Assembly (NCBI RefSeq): GCF_036321535.1
Contig: NC_087472.1
Coordinates: 96,040,001 to 96,104,000 of the forward strand
DNA: 64,000 nt
Source: Camelus dromedarius
Lineage: Eukaryota
Direction: 5' to 3'
The position numbers and the translations under genes were made by a program. This document shows positions 1-64,000 of this stretch, one piece after another (position 1 is the stretch's first letter; each line of letters opens with the position of its first letter). Below the pieces are notes generated by a model. That model was not told the origin of the DNA. It did no database searches and saw only the letters and a list, made by a program, of their open reading frames with translations.

Positions 1-3000
1 ACAGCTTCTTAACACATACACACATACATAAAGTCATCCTCCCTGCCTTCCAAAACTCCCACAACTTACTGAACTCAGCTCACTGTAATTTCACACAGTA
101 TTTACGATACAGCAAATTGACACAGGCTCACGTTGCCTACTGAAATGATGAAACACAATCAGAAGGCACTAATTCTATTAGCCTGCCCTCAGTTAACCAG
201 TCCTGAGCCAGAATCAACCCAACCAACATGTTTTGTTTTTAAATTGGAGGTGGCTGTGTCTCTAAAGAGCCTGGCTGTACTGTTGGGAAGAGTCCACTCA
301 AGCCACCAGACGGCATGGGCTGCCGATTCTTCCAATTAGCAAGATGTGTACCCGGCACGGCTAAACTAAGAGGACGGTGTAGTGACATCTTGTACACCAT
401 CAGATTCAAATGCTGGGGCAGCTGATCCTTTTGAGGGGTGGGAAAATCTCCAAGGTTGTCAAGTGCAACCACATCACCCTTAACCTACTACCTGGGCAGA
501 TGAGTAAAGGGAAAGTTGGAAAAAGATCAGTATTTTGGTTCGCAGTGATCCCTTCTCTGCAATCCTTCTGTATCTGCAATTTGAGAAGCGGGGGCGGGGG
601 ATGAGGGAAAAAAAGTAAAGTTATATATTTTCCTTTTTCCTTAACAGTAGTATTATCCAGGAAATTACCTAGACAGACTGACTGTGGAACCAAACAATTA
701 AACCTTACAGTACCAGTTTGTATGCCACTGGTGAACAGTAGCTAATAACTTCACACTTTTCTTTTTGTGTCTTAACGAGGAGGGAATGGCGCTTTCGAAA
801 TCATTACTGCTCTGTCATCTTGGTTCACTGCCAAAGCAAGGAGCTTTAGAACACCTGTCAAATAACATGCGGCTTGTGAAAAAGAAACATACACCGAAAC
901 AGGTTTATAGAAAATGTTCACATATGTAGAAAGAGGAATGAGTTTGGGTTAACAAAGTCACTCACTCTGATGAGGGGTGGGGAAGAAAGAAAGAGATTTC
1001 CAGGACTCAGTTTCTGTGACTCACGTCAGAGTAATGAAACTCCATCTGTCTGAGCGGAGACCAGTGGCGCTGACACAAGGTGAGTCTGGTAGTGTTTATC
1101 TTCCCATCCTTAGCCATAGTCCCAGGGGTTTCAGTAATTAAATGGGCAAAATGTTGAAGCAAAAATACATCCCTGACTTCTCAAATGAGAGTGCCCAGTA
1201 AAAATGTATAAAGTATCCTTTTTCTTGTTCTGAGTATCCAGGCCATTCTTGTAAACTCAAAACAGGTTTAAATATCACGAGCCTATGTTAAAAAATGCAT
1301 CTCCTCCACATCTACCCATCTGTAACTGCAGAAACTACGAGGCCAGTGTGCTCCCAGAGTCACAGCAAACTAGCACCCACTCTGTGGAGGCACAGGGCTG
1401 GGTGCTGGGGAGGGGGGGGGGACACCAAAACATAATACATAGTGATCCCTGACAAACTGCACGAAGTGGAGACTGGGGAACACGGAAACAATTTGAGGCT
1501 GTAGGCTTTTCTTTTGTTTTGCTATTTGGTCAATTAATAGAAAACTTTAAAGCAGTCATACTACTTTTTGCAGACCCACTCGGAAATCTAATAGTAAAAC
1601 ATTCAATGTGTGGGTTTTTAAAAGGCCCTAATGTAAAGTGAGAATAAGGAAATTCCACCTTCCTTAACTAAACAGACCCTGGCACTTTTAAGGTTAGTAC
1701 TGAGGAGATTCTGAAGATGGGGGAGGCCAGCCCACAAAGCCCCAGGACCACCTGTCACTGCGCTAACATAACACCCAATGGTACGATGTGTGAGGAGGCG
1801 GGGTGTGGGGCACTCCTTACCAAAGACTTGCTCACAGATCACAGCCCATTTCAAGGGTAGGACCTGACCTCGTCTCCCTCTTCCTCTACCTCTAACATCG
1901 CCACCTGGGTCCTCCTAAACTGGTACCTATTGATATTCAAAACCCAAAGAGCACACAGAAGCACATGCCCAGGCATCTGGGAGGTCCTAGTTTCCAACCA
2001 TTGAGAGAAGGATAAGGATGTTCTGAATTCGTTTTCAAAAGTCTATAAAGTTTTAGCTATTTTGAAAGAATTCCTATGTGTTTTCAGGTATATAAATTCA
2101 AACCAGGCCTAAATGTAACCCACTTATTTGTCTCTATAAATGCAATACTGTGTTCATACAGCATACATTATTCTATATATACGAAATTTTTTGTCATTGC
2201 ATTTCTCTCAAATTGTTGAATGTCTAAGTTACCATAATCTGGACTGGCCTTCCGTGGGGTATTTCCAAATTCAGTGCTTCCGCTTCTTACCTTTATATTT
2301 ACCAATGTGACTTTCACCAATTTCAGAAGGGACACAAATGGACAAGCACATATAGACGTTAATTACTAAAAGTTCATCAATATAGATTATTTACTCTGCA
2401 GTGAAGCTGCCACTTACTTGAATGAAAACAGGTATTTCTGCAGAAAGTCAAAGGTATGTGAAAAGAACCTAGGCTCTAAAATAACTATTAATTTGTGCTA
2501 TGAAGAATTTTAACTCATTCCATCTGAATTACTACCAAATCTCAATTAGTAGATGTGAATTAATAAAGCTGAATGGTATGAAGAACTGCAGAGAATTTAG
2601 AACCCAAACACCCCCGAAATACAACAATAAAAAGGGAATAAAAAGTTTCTCTGGCCTAGAATTTTGTAATATAAACAACTTCAAAAGTGGTAAGTAATCT
2701 GTAATCACTGAAAAAGGATATTGCTTTTTTTAACGTAAAACATATTTGGCCAAAATACATTAAATCTTCATTTCACCCTTAAGAGAAATTATCTTCTTAT
2801 ATTAAAAAAAATAAAAATGTTAGTAGGTCGGCTGAAGTTAAAAGTAATCTTACTGGCGGCTATTAAAATTCTGGAGATGGAATCAGAACTCTTCCCTCCT
2901 ACCACCCATACAGTTTCCATGGGTCTGGTCTGGTAAGAAAATTCTCCATACTGCCATGTTTTAGGTGACAAAAGCATACATTTTTAAGACTAAAGTGTCC

Positions 3001-3372
3001 CTGCCATCTACAGAAGAGGGCACAAATGAAATGTAAGAACCAGCAGTCCTTCAGCATTTTTGCATCATGAGCCCCTTTGAGAATCTCTTAAATGCTATGT
3101 GCCCTTTCCCCCCAAGAGTACACATATGCGCAGACACACGAAATGTCACCTACAACTTGAGAGGAGTCACAGACATTCCCTTTGCTTCTGTGAGTTCTCA
3201 TGTGACAATCTAAATGAGTAAAACTTCAAAATCTTTGTTTTTTAGATGTCCAAAAGATTGTTTTCCTTCCTTCTCACCGCCTTTAGTGTACTTGCCTCTG
3301 TATTCACCTACTATGACTGATCCTGTTAGATATGAGAGTGACTTTTCTATTATACGTGACTCTCTTTTAGAC

Positions 3373-3587
3373 CAGAGGTCCACAAACTTTTTCTGTAAAG
3401 GGCCAGGAAGTACATATTAGGCTTTGCAGGCCATTCAGTCTCTCTGGCCACTCATCAACTCTGCCATTGTAACAAAGCACAATTGCAGCCATAAACAAGT
3501 GGGGGTGGCTGTGTCCCAATAAAATTTTATTTACAAAAACAGGCAGTGGACAGGAGTTAGCCCTTGGGTCATAGGTTGTCAACCCCT
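3373..3587 (+). mobile_element. MER58A-like hAT-Charlie MITE
   Basis: CAAACTTTTTCTGTAAAGGGCCAG...AATAAAATTTTATTTACAAAAACAGGC. Confidence 0.85.
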
Positions 3588-3659
3588 AGAATAGAGGAAT
3601 GGGTTCAACAACTCCACAGGAAGCAAACAGACAAACACAGATCCCTAACTTATACCACC

Positions 3660-5065
3660 CCTAAAAATAATTTCCTTAAGGATTTAAGACCTAAATAAGC
3701 AAAGCCAATGTTTGCAACTTTTAGAAGAAAGTAAGAGAGAATGTCTGTCATTGGAGGAGGGAAAAGTTTCTTAAGGAAACAAAAAAACAGTGTACAGGGG
3801 CAAAAAACAAATATTTGACATTAAAATAAAAAACTTCTGCACAAGGAAAGACCACAAATAAAATTAATTAAAAGATAAACACAAACTCAAAAGATATTTG
3901 CAGACACTGCTTTGGGAAAGATCCCCGGTGTTCTCCTTACTTGATGCAAATAATTATAAATCCTTCTTTTGCTCAAAAATATATACACAAATTTGCAACA
4001 AAAAATGACCAAAAAAGAGCTAGCCTTTGAATACCTAAGAAGAAGTATTAACAGACATACAACCCAATGAAACAGGACATATACGCATACGGGCAAATCA
4101 CACTGAAAAAAAACTGAAGAGTTAAAACACAGGAAAGGATGCTTACCTTAATCAACACTTGGGGAAATGCAAATTAAAATCACAATGGGATACCATTTCA
4201 AACTCCTAGGACTGGCAGAAATTTTAAATTCTGCTAATAACAAATGCTGACAAAGACATGGAACACTAAGGATTATGCAAGAAGCACGTTTACAAGTATG
4301 TAACAGGTCTAAAATCTCTCAATGGAAAAATAAACAACAAATTCAAAGAGGCAAATTGTATAACAAAATCATTTCCAACTATTTTTAAATTAACCTCTGA
4401 TTCTGTGACTGAGGGAGTCATGTATCGTAGCCCCATGGCCATAGATATAAATTTAGTTACCTGAAAGAATTAGCTTGCCATAAATTAAATGATTGTGCCT
4501 ATCAATAAAATGTCCTATACCACTTGTGGGTGTGCAAATTCCACTCTGAGTAACTCTCTAGAGAAACTCTTGCACACATGGCACTGGGTACTGCAGCACC
4601 ATTTATAGTAGCAAAAAAACAAAACAAATGAAAATCTGGAAACCTAAAAACATGGACAATGGGAGAATAAAAAATATCTTGTGCTGTATTTACTCACTGA
4701 AATATTACATAATAGGTAACATGAATAAATGAAGTCTAAAAATGGATATACTTAAATGGATATACTTAAAAAGTGGTATACAGACAGAGTAGGGGTTTTC
4801 CCCTACATTTTTTTTTCTGGCACACTGCACACAAAAAAAGTGGAGACCACAATGCATAAATGGTACAAAATTTTAAGGCTCCACAGGTATAGGTACACAT
4901 ATTTGTTGTATAAGCAAAAAACCTTGGGCAAAAAGGACAAAACCAACCTTGAGAAAGCAGTTTCCTCTGAGGAAGAGAAAGAAATGAGAACGGGTGGGAA
5001 GGAAAGGGTCTTTAGTTGTCTCTACAATATTTTGTGCATTTAATTTTTTAAAATCACACTTTTTA
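3660..5065 (+). mobile_element. Ancient LINE-1 (L1M-type) remnant, interrupted at 4265-4510
   Basis: Degenerate L1 motifs such as GGAAATGCAAATTAAAATCACAATGGGATACCATTTCA. Confidence 0.7.
4265..4510 (+). repeat. Copy 1 of a ~246-bp local duplication (copy 2 at 5588-5834)
   Basis: Collinear shared blocks ACTAAGGATTATGCAA, CAACAAATTCAAAGAGGCAAA, AGGGAGTCATGTAT.GTAGCCCCATGGCCA, TATCAATAAAA. Confidence 0.9.
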
Positions 5066-5587
5066 AATAAAAAAATTGGAAAAATGAAATTTGTCCTTAT
5101 TTCCGGATAAAGGTGAAAGTCTCCTTTAGCGCTTAATTCTACATATTCATTCATTCTCTTTTGCCACTGACATCAACAAAGGGGAAAGCTCTCCGTCCCA
5201 GGGCCACTCTGAAGGGCTCCTGACAGCTGCTAGCACATCGCCAAGACTCCCAGGAAAGCTTGCCCAGATTGCAATGTTTTCATGCAATGATTTGGATAAA
5301 TTTTCTAAATGCACAAATTTCAGTTCCAAACACAACTGAAAGCTAGGCAGTCTACAACAGGTTGGCAAGCAGGCTGGCAAAGACTCATTTCAACCTACTG
5401 GGTAAGAAAATGAAAACGCATGGGCTCTACACCCAAACATTAGAGCATACATTCACTTTAAAACGCAATCAGAAATCCAGACCAAAAATTGTTTTCTCAA
5501 GGGCACAGAAATAACAGAGTGCAGAAATAAAACAATACCAACGTCAATAAGTACTAATTATTCCATAAAGACAAATATTACCATTAT

Positions 5588-5834
5588 ACTAAGGATTATG
5601 CAATGAGTATGCTTTTAAGTATAGAGTAAGTCTAAAATCCCTCAAAAACAACCCCAACAAATTCAAAGAGGCAAAATTACATATCAAAATAATTTCAATT
5701 CTCTTTAGATTAGCCTGATACTGTGACCAAGGGAGTCATGTATTGTAGCCCCATGGCCAGGAGTGTGAATTTAGCTATTTGATAGAAGAATTAGCTTGCT
5801 ACGGTATGTTAGATGATTGTTCTTATCAATAAAA
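5588..5834 (+). repeat. Copy 2 of the ~246-bp local duplication
   Basis: Same shared blocks as 4265-4510. Confidence 0.9.
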
Positions 5835-6030
5835 CTTATTATTCAAGAATCACCATTATTTAAACACTAAACAGATTAGACAATTGCAATCTTTTGGTCC
5901 AGAGGTAGTCTTTCTTTAATAGTTTCAAAATTAATAAAAGTCAGAAATTTGGACAGATTTGTGTCACTAAATGGCCTTCACTATTGTTCATAGAATAAAA
6001 CCCTTAATTGATTAATGAACTCAGGGTGTC

Positions 6031-6047
6031 TATCGCCATCTAGTGAA
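6031..6047 (-). promoter_or_regulatory. CTCF-like motif
   Basis: Minus strand TTCACTAGATGGCGATA resembles the CCACYAGRKGGCRS core; motif match only. Confidence 0.45.
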
Positions 6048-7939
6048 CGATTACTTCCATTACCACACCAATCGCTTGACAACCGAGTCTGTTTTCTCTG
6101 TAGTTTAACATATATGTTCACTTAGTGCTATCAGCTCGCCCAGTACCTTTTTATGTCTCTCTACACATACATTGAGAACAAACACAAATGGAGATGGTTA
6201 TTTATACAAATTCACTTCTCAGTATCTGTCAACTAAGTTCACATATTACTTCTCTGGAAACACTGAGTTCATTATTTTTAAATAACTTGCACACTATGAG
6301 GTCCTTCATACAATTTCTTAACCATTAACTAATTCCTCTACCACCGAGCAATTAAAAATCATAGAACAGTTTAAGTGTGAAAGATCACACCTGGGAAAAG
6401 ACAATATTGATGTCCATTTGACACAACTATTAGCATTTTTATTATAAACCTGTTTTTAAAAGTACAATTAGTAATTACTCTGAGTACTCTAGCAGCCATA
6501 ATACATTTGATTACAGAAATTATTAGGTCACCAGAGCCAAACCTGCATGATTCCAAGAAACTGAGCACAGACAAAATAGGCTTAAAAATAAAAAGGGAGG
6601 GGGGGCTTAAAGCGTTCCCGGACTGTGTATTAATCCATATTCAAATGTAAAATTTTAGACTCTTTTTAGATGACATGCTACCAGGTTTCCTTCTCATTAA
6701 TTTCCACTTGAACCTTAATCTAATTTCTCCTACAAGGACTTTAAAAGCAAACAACTTCTAGGATTTTCAGGTTATATTACTTTGTCTACTCTATCTTAAT
6801 ACAAAACAGACAAGTTTGAAGTTACAAAGGTATTTCAAAATCTCAGCACGCTCTCATTTTACACTTTGCTCCTACCTCTTTAATAATCAAGAGATGCCTG
6901 AGTTCACAGACCTAACAGTATATATGGAAAATGCTAGTAAACCAAAAGTCAGATTATCATATAAAATACTTCCATCTGCCAGTGCTAATAATTATCACCA
7001 ATATGTTAACAATCATTTTTATTATAGGAAATAATTTCTGTACATGGCTTTGAATCCTCTTCTAGAAAAAGATTTCCAGGAAGCAACTGAGTAATTATTA
7101 TTTCTCATTAACCTCACATTACTTTAAAGGCCCATTTCCCACAGTTGTTATACATGTTTTTTTTTATTTGTAGGAAGCAGCAAAGGCGTAAGAGACAAGG
7201 GGAAAGTAGAAGCCAAGAAATTAAATCACATATGATTATTCCTAGACTTGTATGAAATTCTTTTTTAGTGGAGAGTAGGGTTTTTAAAAATAGTTTAAGA
7301 TCTGTTATTGTTATATTTTATGTAACTAAAAAAAATGAGTTTAAATTTCCTATTAAAAATCCAGCTAAACAAAAATATTGCCCTTCAAGTACAATGGATT
7401 AGAAGAGTAGGGGAGATCATTGGACAAATTTGGGGCTTATCATTATCAACAGTGCCCTTTTAAGCTTGTGGATTTCTGAGCCAATGCAGAAAATGTAACA
7501 ACAGGGATTTCCCAACAGCAAGAGGCACTCTCCAAGGGAGTAAATTGTCAACTATTGCCTCTCCTGAGAAACTTAAGAGTAACCTTGATCCAATCTCAAT
7601 AGTCAACCCATGTATTATCACCCAGTTGGGGCATAGTGAGTGCATTTCCTAATACAAAAATAAGACGGTATTCTATCAGAAGCCACTGGATACATTCACA
7701 GAAATAAAATTTAAATATTTTTAAGGTAAACTTAGCCTAAGAAACTGAAAACATCCTTCCCTCATTTCAGGGAGCCCCTAAAACACTTCTATCTTCTCAG
7801 GTAAAAAGAGCCTATGTCTTCACATGAGTATCGAGAAAGACTTCCAGGAATAAGAGGTAGAACAGAAAGCAGAGGCAGTCAGGAGAGAGCCTGAGATAGA
7901 GCTGACAACCCTCATGTAGCAAAGGCCTTACAAGCAGGA

Positions 7940-8095
7940 AGGCCTGGGTTCCCATTCAAAAAAGTCACTTGTTATACTTCACCTCTTTGAGTCTATCAGC
8001 CTCCTCACCCGCAAAATGGGAACACTATTAACCTCTATCAACTGATTCTTGTGGGGTTTTAATGAAATGACATATCTGAAAGCTTCCCACATTAA
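7940..8095. mobile_element. MIR SINE
   Basis: MIR core: TTCACCTCTTTGAGTCTATCAGCCTCCTCACCCGCAAAATGGGAACA. Confidence 0.7.
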
Positions 8096-8214
8096 CACTG
8101 GTCTCCCTCCATACATGTTTTGCCTTTCCCCACTGGGCCGTGAGCCGAGTCTGTGAGATCGGGCTACCAACAGAACAGCTCTGAACATCCTGTTTGTTTC
8201 ATGCCAGCTAGATC

Positions 8215-8425
8215 TGCACTGTCCAATACAGTAGCTACATGTGGATATTTGAAGTTAAACATATTTTAATTATAATTAAGTAAAACTCAAAACCCACTTC
8301 CTCAGTTGGTCAACACTAGCCAGTGATCAAGTGCTCACCGGCCACTTGTGACCAGTGGCCACTGCATTGGATAATGCAGATGGAGAACGTTTTCATCATC
8401 TCAAAGTTCTATTAGACAGTCCTTG
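8215..8425. mobile_element. MER3/MER33-like hAT MITE
   Basis: CTGCACTGTCCAATACAGTAGCTACATGTGG...TTCTATTAGACAG. Confidence 0.7.
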
Positions 8426-8439
8426 TTTAGACTCCAAAG

Positions 8440-8672
8440 CAGAGGTTAGCAAACATTTTTTCTGAAAAGGGCCAGATAGTAAATATTTTAGGCTTCGTAT
8501 TCATGCACATCTCTATCCTGACTACTGAACTCTGCTTTTGTAGCGCAAAAGCAGCTACAGACAATACTTAAACGAATGAGCATGGCTGTGTGCCAATAAA
8601 ACTTCTTCAATTAAAAAAAAAAAATAGATGGCAGGCTGGATTGGGCCCATGGGCTGTAGTTTGCTGACCTCT
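8440..8672 (+). mobile_element. MER58A-like MITE
   Basis: CAGAGGTTAGCAAAC...GTTTGCTGACCTCT terminal inverted repeats. Confidence 0.85.
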
Positions 8673-8939
8673 ACTCTAGAATATTCTGATACCGGCCCCC
8701 AACATGAGCATTCTGACCATAACCACTCCTGCCTTAAGACCAAGTTGTCCTAAATCCACTGGCAGAAATCAATAGTTCATTGGAGTTAAGTGGAATTTAA
8801 TATTTAATGTAACTATTTTTTACAAATTAAGGAAAACCCATGCACGTGGTACTAAAGTAGATGAAGCTTGTAGTGTTTACAAAGGGAAAGGACCTCAAAT
8901 CCGGCCCATCTTTCTAAAACCAATAACTCTCAATCCATA

Positions 8940-9503
8940 ACTCCAGTCCTGATATATTCCTGAAATTGGGGACTTGTACAGCCAAATGCCTACTTAACAT
9001 GCCTATAGATCTATTATAAGTCTCAAAGGGAACATATCCAAGATAAAACTCTTAATCCCTCTCCCCCAGATTTCTCCATCTGAATACATGGTTCCACTAG
9101 CTAACCAGTTCTAAGACAAAAATGGAGGCATCCTCCTTGATTTCTTCCTTTCCCTCACACTCCACCATCAGCAAAAATACTAGCTCCCTCGTGTCACTTA
9201 AGTCTCATTCATGTTACCTCCTAAAGCAGCCTTTCCCGAGCAATCAAAACTAGCCAGCCATCTTAACAATCTCTAGCCCACCACCCTGTCTCAACTATCT
9301 TCACAGAATTTACTTCTGTCACATTCTCTTACTTTTTGTGTTGGCTTATTCCCTTATTTACAGTCTCTTTTCCCAAACAATCCTCTCCCCACCCTCTACC
9401 CTAGGTGGAGTATGAGCCTCAGGACACAGGGGCTTTTCATGTCTTGCTTGATACTCTATCCCCATTGCCTAGAACAATGCCTGCCACATAGTAGATGCTC
9501 AAT

Positions 9504-9549
<46 letters not shown>

Positions 9550-9565
9550 GACAAATGAATGAATC
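8940..9565. mobile_element. LINE-2 remnant
   Basis: Ends CCTAGAACAATGCCTGCCACATAGTAGATGCTCAATAAA...TGAATGAAT. Confidence 0.7.
9506..9544. repeat. (CA)n microsatellite
   Basis: About 19 CA units. Confidence 0.97.
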
Positions 9566-9590
9566 CTTACTTAAAAGTCTACCTGTCTCA

Positions 9591-61566
<51,976 letters not shown>

Positions 61567-63063
61567 GGTCCCGGAGTCTCCCGATTCCGCGCCAAGCAGC
61601 CCGAAACTGGCGCCGGGGCCGACACAGGCGCCAGCCTGAAAGCCAATCAGCGGCTCCCGAGCCTGCGGACTTCCGCCCGGAAGGCCACTGACGTGCCGCG
61701 CCGCGCCCCGCCCCCGGCCTTCCCGCGGGCGCGCGTTTGGCGCCCCGTGATGACCCTCTCAGGGAAAAGCGCTAGCGAAGGGCGAAGAGAACAGAAAAAA
61801 GAAGCGGCCGGGCGCTGGAAAGGAGCCTCCTGGAGACTCAGTGCGCAGGCGCACCCATGCTGATGGGAAACGATTTGGGCGTGTTGGAGTAAAGGCTCTC
61901 TGGTTCTGAGGGTTGATTTTCCGAGAAAAAAGGTGCGGGCGGGCATAGGGTAGGCGTGGTTGGAAGGGTTTCCCAGGAGCTTGGGAAAGATACTGCCTCC
62001 TGCTGCGCACTCTGAGTCTTGCCGGATACTTTGCTTCTCTGAACACAGTAGCTGTCTGATTTATGGTGACTGCACCAAAAGATCTTAACCAAAAGATCAA
62101 AAGTAGCATCACCAATACGGGGCAATCATATACCTCCTGATGTGATGCACTTGGAAAAAGGAACATCACCTACAAGGAACAACATCTTCTTGCAAATAAT
62201 ATTTAACCTGAATCTAACCACGAAGAAACAATCAGATGTATTCAAAACGTAGGACAATCTATAAAACATCTGACTTGAACTCCTGCAAAATGTTAATGTT
62301 ATGAAAAACAAAAAGGGCATTAGATTCTTGTGTATGGTACAATGCATACAATGTATGCATCTTATGTATTGCTTAACAATAAAAACAGAGACGTCTGCAT
62401 GTATATCTTAACTAGAGAGCACTAATTAAACCAAAAACTTAGAATGAGAATTAACCATCTTTGAGTACCATTTTACGTAGAATTAACTTTCACCATCAAG
62501 GTCAACGTGTCTGAACCCTTTTCTCAAACCCATTTGTGCGTAATGCTCTTGGTCCCCAAGAGAGCAAAGTTAGATCCATGCCCTCAAGTGATTCAACATG
62601 AATTATTGACCAATGGGCAAATCTTTTGTGATAATTGAGCCCTGTCTCATAGCATAAACATGCACTGTCATCATGAATAAAACCTTCCCCCGAAGACAAA
62701 TAGCTGTACTAACGGTTCAGAATCTTCTCCAGAACCAACTTTGGTTGGTTTGGGGCTTTTTTTTTTTTTCTTTGTTTTGGTTTTTTTGTTTTGTTTGGTT
62801 GTTTGGTTTTTTGTAGTTTGAATATGATGCTCCTACACGTTTTGGGTTTGTTTTTTTTTTTAATGCTGGTTTAGCAGCATGAACTAACACTTAGAAATGG
62901 TAAACCAGAATTCTTCTGGGAATTATTAGAGGTATTGGAGCAAAGTTAAGAAAAAATTAAGTTAGAACATTGATGTCAGCCAGTCAATAGTGAATTTTAG
63001 CAGAGGATGGCAGCATGAGGGTTTCTTAATTTACATACGGCCAGTGCTCTACAAAGCTTAGAG

Positions 63064-63200
63064 CAGTGGTTCTCAACTTTGGCTGCAAATTAGAATAATC
63101 TGAGCAGTTTTTCAGTGTTCCAATGCCCCCAGGACCTATTAAATCAGAATTTCTGAGGATGGGATTCCAAAGTGAGAACAAATTTGAGAGCAAGTGGTCT
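63064..63200. mobile_element. MER5-like MITE
   Basis: CAGTGGTTCTCAACTTTGGCTGCAAATTAGAATAATCTG...TTTGAGAGCAAGTG. Confidence 0.7.
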
Positions 63201-64000
63201 AGACAAGGCCTTGCTAAACCTTTTAGAGTCACCAGCAGGATGGCTAACCTGGATGCAAATATTCCATCTAATAATATGCAGTCACATATACCCGGACACA
63301 CCTCTTTCCGTGAGGAAGGAGGGCTTATTTCCCGCCTGTTCTAAAGACTTTTTAGTATTTTATAGCATTTAGTGCCGCGACTTCCTATGAATTGAACAAT
63401 ATCTAGGTTACCTAAAGGACTCTTATGCAAGGCCAGCACTAGGTTTATTAGAATCAATGTGAAACCACCCCCAGTGTTAAGCATCTGCCACCAACAGAAA
63501 CCATAGTCTGACTGTCTCCGTGGTTTGGGTTTAGGAAATGGAGAATTATTTCGGTTTAAGCAGTTATCACTTGTTGCTTCATCATTATTACCCTCTGTGT
63601 TTCTTCCACAGTAAAGACAGCTTACATTTCATTTCCCTTTAACTACTTATTGAATAATTTCTGCCAATGAGACAAACTTGCCCAAAGAGTCATGAATAGT
63701 TCAGGCATAGTCAGTAATTTGTTTTCTAATCACCTGCTTTAAAAGATCATCCTTGAAACACAAAAGGTGTTCAAAAGTGAGACAGGGACATGTCCCCTAA
63801 TTCAGACATTACTAGCAAGGTAAATCTGCTGAAAAGTTATGTATGTGCATATAAATCTGATACTTTCCAGAGCCATATATCTTATCCTTAGATCAAAAAT
63901 AAAGGTTATGTCTTGACTGATCTTTATTTTCATTTCCCTCTATGAGCTTAAATAATCAATGGTGAGCTACACCTGACGACTTGCTAGGTTATATCCGTAT

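Noticed and set aside
239..472. ORF containing LMVYKMSL, superficially like POLA1 exon 27/28 (EMVQKMNL)
   Set aside because: No ILMHTKE or YGDTDS context and no fitting splice sites; chance similarity. Exon 27 lies outside the window.

Overview
Mammalian genomic DNA, most likely from a camelid (eight tRNA-derived Vic-1-type SINEs). It carries the 5' part of POLA1 (DNA polymerase alpha catalytic subunit) on the minus strand. The window holds a CpG-island promoter (~61.4-61.9 kb), coding exons 1-26 (61566 down to 9717; 2958 nt, 986 codons, all GT-AG and in phase) and the start of the long intron 26 (1-9716). Intron 23 contains an intact 130-nt H/ACA scaRNA, SCARNA23/ACA12 (16146-16275), whose 3' pocket pairs around U6 U40. 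The rest is ordinary intronic repeat content (L1, L2, MIR, MER58, MER20, MER3/33, MER5, Tigger, SINEs). Almost all ORF-track entries are exon read-throughs or repeat-derived. I found no convincing new multi-component biological system. The most unusual structures are a 41-bp-period array bounded by 16-bp direct repeats, two old local duplications, a candidate poison exon, a latent donor near the position of the human XLPDR mutation, an R-to-W change in the fingers domain and a SINE/L1-tail chimera. Comparisons to human and mouse sequences and repeat family names come from memory, not from searches, and boundaries of old repeats are approximate.
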